A DNA stretch of 64,000 nucleotides, taken from the IMG/VR virus record IMGVR_UViG_3300037485_001485, positions 8,989-72,988 of that record. One strand, given 5' to 3'. The notes beneath the pieces are model-generated. The model was not told where the DNA came from and did no database searches. It was given only the letters and a program-made list of their open reading frames with translations. This stretch comes from a virus. Position 1 is the first letter of the stretch; every line of letters begins with the position of its first letter. This document shows, piece after piece, positions 57,178 to 64,000 of this stretch. A program made the translations under genes and the position numbers.

Positions 57178-57441
57178 ATGCCAACAGCCCGCACGTTCCC
57201 GCCGAGCGACGATCCCCGCGAAGACCAGATCAAGACGAAGGCGGGCTATGTTGAGTACGACATCTTCGCCGGCCAGCACGGCGGCTACTTCTGCGGCACT
57301 TGCGCGGCGTTTCAGGACTGCGGCGGGCAGGACGGCTTCTGCCGAGGGCTGAAGGTGCCCGTCGTGAGCTTCGGATGTTGCAACAACTGGAGGATCGCGC
57401 CTCGCGCCCGGTGGATCGGCGCCAACGGCGGGCGGCTCTGA
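57178..57441 (+). CDS. HiPIP-like small Cys-cluster protein
   Basis: AGY...CGTCAAF...GFC...VVSFGCCNNW resembles HiPIP Cys spacing. Confidence 0.5.
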   Translation: MPTARTFPPSDDPREDQIKTKAGYVEYDIFAGQHGGYFCGTCAAFQDCGGQDGFCRGLKVPVVSFGCCNNWRIAPRARWIGANGGRL

Positions 57442-57746
57442 TGCCCTACGGCTACCCCGGCGTCGTCGGCCAGCGGCTTCCGAGCGTCGGAGCCGTGTCG
57501 AAGACGCGCGTGAACGGGGAGCCCTACCTGTGCGTGAGCTACGCCGTCGAGCGGACGCAGGTCCAACCCCTGCGCCTCGCCGCCGTGCTCGTCGCCGCCC
57601 CCGTCGTCTTCTACGCCGGGCATCGGCTCCGAAAGAAGAACGACAAGGTGCTGGGGTATGCCACGCAAGCGGCGGCGCTCGCCATCGCGGCCTGGAGCGG
57701 CTGGGTGTGGAGCAAGGCCGCGTGGGAGATGAGGGAGGAGCCATGA
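57441..57746 (+). CDS. two-TM membrane protein
   Basis: Two hydrophobic helices separated by RLRKKNDK. Confidence 0.6.
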   Translation: MPYGYPGVVGQRLPSVGAVSKTRVNGEPYLCVSYAVERTQVQPLRLAAVLVAAPVVFYAGHRLRKKNDKVLGYATQAAALAIAAWSGWVWSKAAWEMREEP

Positions 57747-58282
57747 GCAGGTTGAACCTCTGGGACTTTGACGACACCCTTGCGGCGTCGGACGAGGTGA
57801 TCGAACGCTTGTCGAAGGCGCATCCGGAGATTGCGTACCGCGATTGGTGGCAGGATCCGAAGCTCTCCACCGTGGCGATCTTGGAGACGAAGCCCTTCCT
57901 TTCCATGTGGCGCACCCTCGCGAAGACCCCTGGGAAGCACGTCCTCTTTAGTGGACGTGTGCCCGACGCCGTCGAGGCGTGGGTCGAAGCCTACCGGGAC
58001 GATCCCGACATCGGGGACGCCGTGGCGCGGCTGGAAGGGGCGATCCCGGTGCCCCGGTTCCGGCGGCCGGGGGAGCGCATCCCCGACGTCAAGCTGCGGC
58101 TGATCCGCGATCTGGCCCGCGACGGCGAGACAGACATCCACCTCTACGACGATCACGCCGATCTGCCGGCGATGGTCGCGGAAGCACGGATTCCGGGCCT
58201 CACGATGCACCGCGCAGCGCACGGCTACCTGCTGAACGGGCGCCGTACCTGTAGCTGCGGGGACCACGGAGCCGACACCTGA
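57743..58282 (+). CDS. HAD-superfamily phosphatase
   Basis: WDFDDTL (motif I), FSGR (II), K (III), YDDH (IV). Confidence 0.85.
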   Translation: MSRLNLWDFDDTLAASDEVIERLSKAHPEIAYRDWWQDPKLSTVAILETKPFLSMWRTLAKTPGKHVLFSGRVPDAVEAWVEAYRDDPDIGDAVARLEGAIPVPRFRRPGERIPDVKLRLIRDLARDGETDIHLYDDHADLPAMVAEARIPGLTMHRAAHGYLLNGRRTCSCGDHGADT

Positions 58283-58349
58283 CGGCATAGCCGCCCGGTT
58301 GCCAGCCGGCAACGGTGGGGATAAGCTGCACGGGCCACAGGAGGCACCG

Positions 58350-58592
58350 ATGGCAGCGGCTCTACAGATCCCCCTTCTCCCTGACTTTCCCGACGTCCCC
58401 GACGTCCCCGACCTTGTCCCCGGCACCCTGAAGGCGTGGCGAACGAAGGCGGGGGTGCCCATCGGGGTCACGGGTCGGCTCTCGTCGGGCGAGTGGGCGG
58501 CGATGACCCCCGACGACGACATCACGATCCATGAGTCGGCCGACGATGCGAGCCTGCACTTGACGCTGGCCTACATGCGAGGGCCGCGCTAA
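58350..58592 (+). CDS. small hypothetical protein
   Basis: GGAGG RBS; promoter box at 58299-58312. Confidence 0.6.
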   Translation: MAAALQIPLLPDFPDVPDVPDLVPGTLKAWRTKAGVPIGVTGRLSSGEWAAMTPDDDITIHESADDASLHLTLAYMRGPR

Positions 58593-58641
58593 CCTCTTCG
58601 GGTCGGGTTGGGCCGACGGGTCACGGGTCACGGGAAGGGGG

Positions 58642-58678
58642 AAGGGGAGGGGCGCAAGCCCCTCCCTTTCTGACTTTT
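58642..58678 (+). terminator. rho-independent terminator
   Basis: GGGGAGGGGC-GCAA-GCCCCTCCCT followed by a T-rich run. Confidence 0.7.
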
Positions 58679-58751
58679 GGAGTAGATCGAAGCGCGCCCC
58701 TTGACGTGTGGCAATAAGCGGCTATGATGAACGGGACCAAAGGAGGTCACC

Positions 58752-58955
58752 GTGTTTCAGCCCCGCTTCACCCGGCTGTCCCAAGCCCAGATCACCCTCT
58801 GCTACGTTGAACAAGGCGTGTCCTTGTCGGCGATCATCCCCGGCTATGCCGGCTACGTCATTGTCAGGGCCACCGTAGCCGAGGCTTTCAGGGCGTTGGC
58901 CGATGCCTTTGACGAAGCCGACGCGCGCCGCGCGCCGCCCGTGGGCGTCGCATGA
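58752..58955 (+). CDS. small protein, HicB-like pattern
   Basis: AAGGAGG RBS; SAIIPGYAGYVIVRATVAEAFRALADA resembles the HicB N-terminal fold. Confidence 0.5.
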   Translation: MFQPRFTRLSQAQITLCYVEQGVSLSAIIPGYAGYVIVRATVAEAFRALADAFDEADARRAPPVGVA

Positions 58956-59962
58956 AGCGCGCCCTTCTCGTCGGGTCGAACGCCGCGTGGCGCGACCAGA
59001 TCGACGCCATCCTCTACGCGCACGGCATCGACGTCGAGTGGTGGTGGCCGACGAACGCGAAGCTGGGGGCCATTCCCAGCGCGTGCGAGGTCGTGATCGT
59101 CACGACGGACAACTGCTCGCACAAACTGAGCAAGCCCGCAATGGAACGCGCCCGCAAAGCGGGCGTGCCGCTGGTGTGCGGGTCGCACCGTCGCGCCACG
59201 ATGAGCCTGCTGCTCGCGAGGAGCGGGTTCCCGCTGGTCGCGGCCCCGCCGCTCTGGTGCGAGCCCACGCTGGGCACCGTCGCCGCCCTCTCGACCCTCA
59301 CCGCCCCTGAGTTGACGGCGCTTCACGCTGCCGCCGTCGCGCCCCTTCGTCCCCCACCCCCCGAGTTTATCGAGGCTTTCGCCATGTCTTTCCCCGCCTT
59401 CGCCCCCGCTGTCGCCCCCGCTTCGCTCGTTCCCGCCGCATCGGCGGAACTGCTCCCGTCGCCCACCGTCTACGACCGGGCGTTGCCGCTCGTCGCCGCG
59501 AACCCGTGGATCACGAGCGGGGAAGCGGCGGCGCTGCTCAACATCCCCGTCAGTAGCCTGTTCGGGCCGCTGAAAGCGGCGCGCGACACCCTGGGGGTCA
59601 GGGCTCGGCAGGGGGCGGGGGCGGCGCGGATCGAGCACCGGGACCGCTACGAGGAAGGATGCCGGGCGCTGGGCATCGCGCCCATCGCCGAGGACAAGAG
59701 CGAGACGCGCCCGCCGGGGTCGGTGAACGCCCGGTGCGTGACGACGGCGCCCGAAGCCCCGGCTCCGATGCCGATGCCGGCTCCGATGCCGATGCCGATG
59801 CCGGCCCCGATGCCCGCGCCCGCGCCCGCCGACACGAAGGAGGCGCTGCTGCTCCTGCTGGAGGCCATGCGCGCCGAGGGCGTGGAGCACGTTGCCATCG
59901 GCGACGACGGCGTCGTGTCCATGCGGCGTCGCGTCGTAGTCACGTCGGCCTTCACGCTCTGA
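58952..59962 (+). CDS. DUF2325-like domain + HTH protein
   Basis: LLVG...IP..CEVVIVTTDNCSHKL...ARKAGVP; NPWITSGEAAALLNIPVSSL HTH; PM repeat linker. Confidence 0.65.
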   Translation: MKRALLVGSNAAWRDQIDAILYAHGIDVEWWWPTNAKLGAIPSACEVVIVTTDNCSHKLSKPAMERARKAGVPLVCGSHRRATMSLLLARSGFPLVAAPPLWCEPTLGTVAALSTLTAPELTALHAAAVAPLRPPPPEFIEAFAMSFPAFAPAVAPASLVPAASAELLPSPTVYDRALPLVAANPWITSGEAAALLNIPVSSLFGPLKAARDTLGVRARQGAGAARIEHRDRYEEGCRALGIAPIAEDKSETRPPGSVNARCVTTAPEAPAPMPMPAPMPMPMPAPMPAPAPADTKEALLLLLEAMRAEGVEHVAIGDDGVVSMRRRVVVTSAFTL

Positions 59963-60085
59963 CGGCGCGGCGCTAACGCTCTCCAGGCTCGTTGTCGCGG
60001 TCATATTCTGACCGGGACAACGGGCCTGTTTCGGTGGCGGCGCCCCGTGTCGGCGCATAGGTGCTCTCTCCGCGAGGCAACGCGC

Positions 60086-60922
60086 ATGACTCCTCCTCTC
60101 CTGCTCGACACGGGGCCGTCCCCTTTCGGCTGGCACCGCTACGAGACGTTTCTTCGGTGTCCCCAGCTCTATGCGTACTCCCACAAGGGGCCGCCGCAGA
60201 ACGACGCGGAGAGTGGGCGTGCGCTCGCTCTCGGCAGCATGATCCACGTCGGGCTGGCGCACTACTACGCGCGGATGCGCGAGGACCAGCACGGCCGCGA
60301 CGTGGGCGTGCTCTACGAGCCCATCGAAGCGATCCGGGCCTTGGCGGCTAAGAAGGACGGGCCGGCGTGGCATGAGTTCGCCGGGCTCGCGGTGGACATC
60401 GTGCGGGGCTACACCGCCCGCTACGCCGCCGAGCGTCCGGAGATCCTGCACGTCGAAGAGGTGTTCGCCCTCGACTTCGACGGCGCCCCCCTGACGATGC
60501 GCGTCGATCTGGTGTGGCGCGGCAAAGACGGTCGCGTCTACTTCGTGGATCACAAGTCCACGGGGCGCATCACCACGTCGCATCCGCGTTGGTACGCAAT
60601 GAGCGGGCAGTTCCTCGCCTACCGCTGGGCGGGGCGCTTGGCCTTCGGGGAGCAGTTCGGCGGCGTCGTCTGCAATCTGATCCAGACCGACGCGCGGGAT
60701 CTGGCCTTCGCGCGTCCGCAACTCGCTCCGGTGCCTGGGCAGCTTCGGAAGTTCCCGGCGGCCATCGCCGAGGCGTGGCGCCGCATTCAGGAGATCGAGG
60801 CGCGGGGCCTCGCCGTGACCGAGTGGCCGGCGCACCCGTCGGAGCATACCTGCTGGACCCGCTACGGCGCGTGTCCGGCCTATGCCCGCTGCGAGTGGGC
60901 GACGCCCCCGGAGCAGGACTGA
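60086..60922 (+). CDS. PD-(D/E)XK (RecB/Cas4-like) exonuclease
   Basis: CPQLY, GSMIH, VEE, RVDLV, FVDHKST, Q..AY, C-terminal C....C.....C. Confidence 0.85.
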   Translation: MTPPLLLDTGPSPFGWHRYETFLRCPQLYAYSHKGPPQNDAESGRALALGSMIHVGLAHYYARMREDQHGRDVGVLYEPIEAIRALAAKKDGPAWHEFAGLAVDIVRGYTARYAAERPEILHVEEVFALDFDGAPLTMRVDLVWRGKDGRVYFVDHKSTGRITTSHPRWYAMSGQFLAYRWAGRLAFGEQFGGVVCNLIQTDARDLAFARPQLAPVPGQLRKFPAAIAEAWRRIQEIEARGLAVTEWPAHPSEHTCWTRYGACPAYARCEWATPPEQD

Positions 60923-60992
60923 AGGAAAGATCGCCCGCTTTCGTTGACAAGTGGCAAAGCGGGTACTACATAGAAAGCATCACGGAGGCAAC

Positions 60993-61886
60993 GTGAGCAC
61001 CCCCACAAAGAACCCCGCCGATCCCGGCGGGCCGGCATTCGTCGTCACTTACGGCCGCTCTGGTGTCGGAAAGACGACCGATCAAGGTTACAGTTTCCCG
61101 AACGCGCTCTTCCTCGCCGCCCCCGGCGCGCTGAAGCCGCTTCCCGCACTTTGCGGCTATCAACCCAAGGTTTTCGACTGCAACACCATCGACGGCGCGA
61201 CCAAGGCCATCGAAGCGGCGGCGAAGGCGAAGACGGTGGACGCCGTCGTGGTGGACGACTTCTCGTTCATGGCCGAACACACGTTCAACCTGCTGGAGAA
61301 CAAGTTCAGCGGCTACAAGCTCTGGGGCAAGCTCCGGGAGTACGTCATCGACTTCCGGCAAGCGGCCCGCTACGCCGGGATCCACGTCGTGATCAACTGC
61401 TGGGAGCAGGTGCCGGTGACGAAGCCGGATGGGACGCGGATTCGCGGCGGGCCGAAGCTCTCCGGTGACCTCCCCGAGCAACTGCCCGCGATGGCCGACC
61501 TCGTCCTCCGGGCCATGTTCGACCCCGTGCGGAAGCCGTGGGGCGCGATCTATCGCTGCGACGGCGGGCTCGACTGGACGGGCAAGGATCGCGACGCGGG
61601 GACGCCGTCCCCGGCGCCGCTCAACCTCGGTGAGATCCTGCGGGTCAACGGCTACAACATCAGCCGCTTGCCCTCTCTGCCGTGGCAGGAGGAAGTAGTC
61701 GAGGGCGTCGCGACGAAGCTGCTGGAGGGGACGCCGGAGCAGGACAGCCCCATTCTGGAGGCGTTCTACGCCGAGCTTGTCGGCAAGGGGATCAACCCTC
61801 GGCACGCGCGGTGGACGATCCGCGACGCATGGGACCGGGCCACGTTGCGGCGCGCGAAAGCGACCCGCTGGGCCACGTTCTTCTAA
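60993..61886 (+). CDS. AAA_24/Sak4-like ATPase (recombinase)
   Basis: TYGRSGVGKTT, VVVDDFS, WGKL, MADLVLR, GKDR; sits between the nuclease and the SSB. Confidence 0.8.
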   Translation: MSTPTKNPADPGGPAFVVTYGRSGVGKTTDQGYSFPNALFLAAPGALKPLPALCGYQPKVFDCNTIDGATKAIEAAAKAKTVDAVVVDDFSFMAEHTFNLLENKFSGYKLWGKLREYVIDFRQAARYAGIHVVINCWEQVPVTKPDGTRIRGGPKLSGDLPEQLPAMADLVLRAMFDPVRKPWGAIYRCDGGLDWTGKDRDAGTPSPAPLNLGEILRVNGYNISRLPSLPWQEEVVEGVATKLLEGTPEQDSPILEAFYAELVGKGINPRHARWTIRDAWDRATLRRAKATRWATFF

Positions 61887-61973
61887 TCTCCGAGAGGGCG
61901 CGGTTCGCCCTCACGCTTTCCCCCGGTGGGCGTAAGCACCGGGATGTTCATCAATCGCAAGGAGCACAATCGC

Positions 61974-62618
61974 ATGTCTGACTGGAACTTCAACGTGAAT
62001 CTCGCTGGTGTCGCCCCCGCTGGCGCCGGCCTCCGCAACCTCCCCACCGGGTACTACAAGGGCAAGATCACGGACGCCGACGGCACCGTCGCGTCCACGG
62101 GTCGCCCCCAGGTCGCATTCAAGATCGAGATCACCGACCCCGAGTTCGGGGGTATCTCGCGGATGACGTGGCTGGGCATCCCCCAGGCGGCCGACGACAA
62201 CGTGCGCTATTACTGGCGCGCGGCGTTTGAGTCCGCCGGCTACACCCCGGCGCAGATCGAGGCCGGCGCGATCAACGCTTCGCCGTCCCTGTTCGTGGGC
62301 CGCGAGGTCACGATCCACTACACCCAGGGCGACAAGGACGCGGGCACCCGAGACAACCTCCGCTTCCTCTCCCCGGCGGCGTGGGACCAGGGCAAGAAGT
62401 CGGAGACGGCGGTCGCGGCCGGCGCCAACGGTTCCGCCCTCGGCGGCACGGGCGCCAAGGTCACCGTCCCGAGCGGCGGCGGCATGGGCGCCCCGGCGGG
62501 TGGCGGCCTCGGTGGCATGGGCGGCGGCATGGGCGGCTTCGGCGGCGGCGCGGCGCTCAACGGCGCCGGGGGTGCGAAGCCCGCCGCGACCGACCTGCTG
62601 AAGGCGCTGGGCGCGTAG
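61974..62618 (+). CDS. DUF669-like single-stranded DNA-binding protein
   Basis: LPTGYYKGKITDA...STGRPQVAFKIEI; Gly-rich tail; AAGGAG RBS. Confidence 0.7.
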   Translation: MSDWNFNVNLAGVAPAGAGLRNLPTGYYKGKITDADGTVASTGRPQVAFKIEITDPEFGGISRMTWLGIPQAADDNVRYYWRAAFESAGYTPAQIEAGAINASPSLFVGREVTIHYTQGDKDAGTRDNLRFLSPAAWDQGKKSETAVAAGANGSALGGTGAKVTVPSGGGMGAPAGGGLGGMGGGMGGFGGGAALNGAGGAKPAATDLLKALGA

Positions 62619-62704
62619 CCCTTCGCCGACGGCGACACGGGGGCGGGTAGTCGTAGACTGCCCGCCCCTTTGTGTATCTTCCCCTTCCTTCCTCTGGATA
62701 GCTC

Positions 62705-62962
62705 ATGCGCTCTCGCTCAACCCGGCCCCCTCCCCCTCCTCTCCCTGCCCCGGTGCTCGCCCTGGAAGACCTTCGGGACGCCGTGCGGAACTTCCTCGCC
62801 TTCGCAGACCTCCCGCGCCTCTCGCCCGACGTGGCGCGCGACGTCATGTCGCGCTGCAAGGCCGACGTGAACGCTGCGCTGGACATCGCCGATGCCGTGC
62901 TGGACAAGGCCGTCGCCGACGCGGAAGCTGCCGCCGACGAAGCCGCAGAAACCAAGGAGTGA
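62705..62962 (+). CDS. small helical protein
   Basis: 85 aa, operon context. Confidence 0.55.
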   Translation: MRSRSTRPPPPPLPAPVLALEDLRDAVRNFLAFADLPRLSPDVARDVMSRCKADVNAALDIADAVLDKAVADAEAAADEAAETKE

Positions 62963-62965
62963 CCT

Positions 62966-63316
62966 ATGTACCGCGCCGCCTATGAAGCTCACGCCAACAT
63001 CGTCCGTCGGGCCTTCGTGGTAGCCGCCCGTCGGCTGGACGAGCACCGCGAACCGATCCACCGCGCGCTCATCAGCGCGGTGCGGTACTACTCTCCCGAC
63101 GCCGCGCACATCACGCTGGTCCTCACGCGGGAAAGCGGGGCCGAAGTCCGCTACGGCATCATGGTCCGCGCGTCGGACCTCGACGCCGTGACCGAAGAGG
63201 AGATCACGGACTACGAGGGCTATCTGGCGGCCCGTCGCTACGAGGACGACGTGCGCGCCTACACGCGCATGATCGCGACGGGCGACGACTGCGACTACCT
63301 CCGGACGCTCCTTTGA
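62966..63316 (+). CDS. hypothetical protein
   Basis: AAGGAG RBS; TTGA overlap with the next gene. Confidence 0.65.
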   Translation: MYRAAYEAHANIVRRAFVVAARRLDEHREPIHRALISAVRYYSPDAAHITLVLTRESGAEVRYGIMVRASDLDAVTEEEITDYEGYLAARRYEDDVRAYTRMIATGDDCDYLRTLL

Positions 63317-64000
63317 CGGAGTCGTTTCGCGGTGCCCGCTGCGACGTGTGCCCGCTGGCGACGTGTCGGCAGGGCGGCCCCGTGCCGCCCGAGGCCAACG
63401 AGGGGGCGCGCATTGCCGTCGTCGGGGACAGCCCCGGCGACGTGGAGGTGCGCGAGGGGCGCCCGTTCGTCGGGCCGTCGAACCAAGAGGCGATGCGCGC
63501 CCTCTCGGCGCAGGGCGTTCGGCGCGGCGACGTCTACTGGACCACTACGGTGGCGTGCCAGCCGCCGGGCAACGACCTGAAGCGGCTCCTGGCGCAGATC
63601 CAAAGCCGCAACTCCGAGAGGCGTCAGGAGAACGCCCGCCGCGCAAAGGACGGCTACCCCGCCCTCCCGCTGGAGCCGTCGCCCATCGACTGCTGCCGCC
63701 CCCGGCTGGCTGCGGAGTTGGCGCGCTTCGACCAGATCATCCTCATGGGGAGTACCGCGACGAAGGCGGTGACGGGCGCCGGGGCGTCCATCCTCGACCT
63801 CCGGGGCGGCATGATCGAGGGCCGGCTGCACTACGACCCCGCGCCGAACACCCTCCGGGTCGTGGGCTCCGAGGCAAGCGAAGCGAACACGGGGGGTCGC
63901 GTCAAGGTAATGCCGACGCTTTCCCCTGGGTTTGTCGTCCACCTTCCGAAGTGGACGGTGCCGTTTCGCTCCGACGTCGGCCGTGCAATGCGCTGGTTTC
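63313..64000 (+). CDS. family-4 uracil-DNA glycosylase-like domain (partial; may be the N-terminus of a DNA polymerase)
   Basis: Not in the ORF track; translated by hand: RCDVCPL...IAVVGDSPGDVEVREGRPFVGPS...VACQPPGN...CCRPRLAAEL...IILMGSTA; open to the window end. Confidence 0.8.
   Translation, partial: MTESFRGARCDVCPLATCRQGGPVPPEANEGARIAVVGDSPGDVEVREGRPFVGPSNQEAMRALSAQGVRRGDVYWTTTVACQPPGNDLKRLLAQIQSRNSERRQENARRAKDGYPALPLEPSPIDCCRPRLAAELARFDQIILMGSTATKAVTGAGASILDLRGGMIEGRLHYDPAPNTLRVVGSEASEANTGGRVKVMPTLSPGFVVHLPKWTVPFRSDVGRAMRWF

Noticed and set aside
60086-60922. CRISPR-associated Cas4
   Set aside because: Context (AAA_24 ATPase + SSB) is the standard phage recombination module; no other cas genes

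Overview
High-GC (~70%), densely coding DNA that reads as most of a large virus (phage) genome. No terminase, portal, HK97 capsid, tail tube, sheath or baseplate gene is recognisable. The long minus-strand block (1-31.6 kb) and a second block (47.9-54.9 kb) encode two adjacent beta-rich proteins (232 and 180 aa, candidate single-jelly-roll capsid proteins), an Arg-rich core protein, more than ten tail-anchored membrane proteins, a transglutaminase-like Cys protease, spike/fibre proteins and membrane-anchored peptidoglycan hydrolases. This points to a tailless, internal-membrane virus of a peptidoglycan-bearing host (inference). The remainder holds early and replication genes: SNF2 helicase, DUF3987 ATPase, PD-(D/E)XK nuclease, AAA_24 ATPase, DUF669 SSB, a family-4 UDG domain, DUF932, a truncated integrase and an iteron-containing origin-like region. 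The most striking unexplained feature is a short basic-x-Asn-Pro/Gly motif (RRNP, KSNP, KANP, RRNG, usually next to an Arg-rich run). It occurs at termini and domain junctions of about 20 otherwise unrelated proteins, including two Nudix hydrolases, a double kinase, an ART-like protein, a zincin, a GNAT, a SNF2 helicase and lysins, and is nearly absent from replication genes. It is a candidate virion cargo-tagging/processing code. Also visible: a second N-terminal motif (F-x-P/A-S-x-Y-G/S) on membrane proteins, a palindromic operator fused to early promoters (TTG(A/C)C-N4-GGCAA, at least 12 copies), and a CCGAT(A/G)GC motif shared by late-gene leaders and the origin region. All family assignments come from motif recognition by eye and need profile or structure searches.
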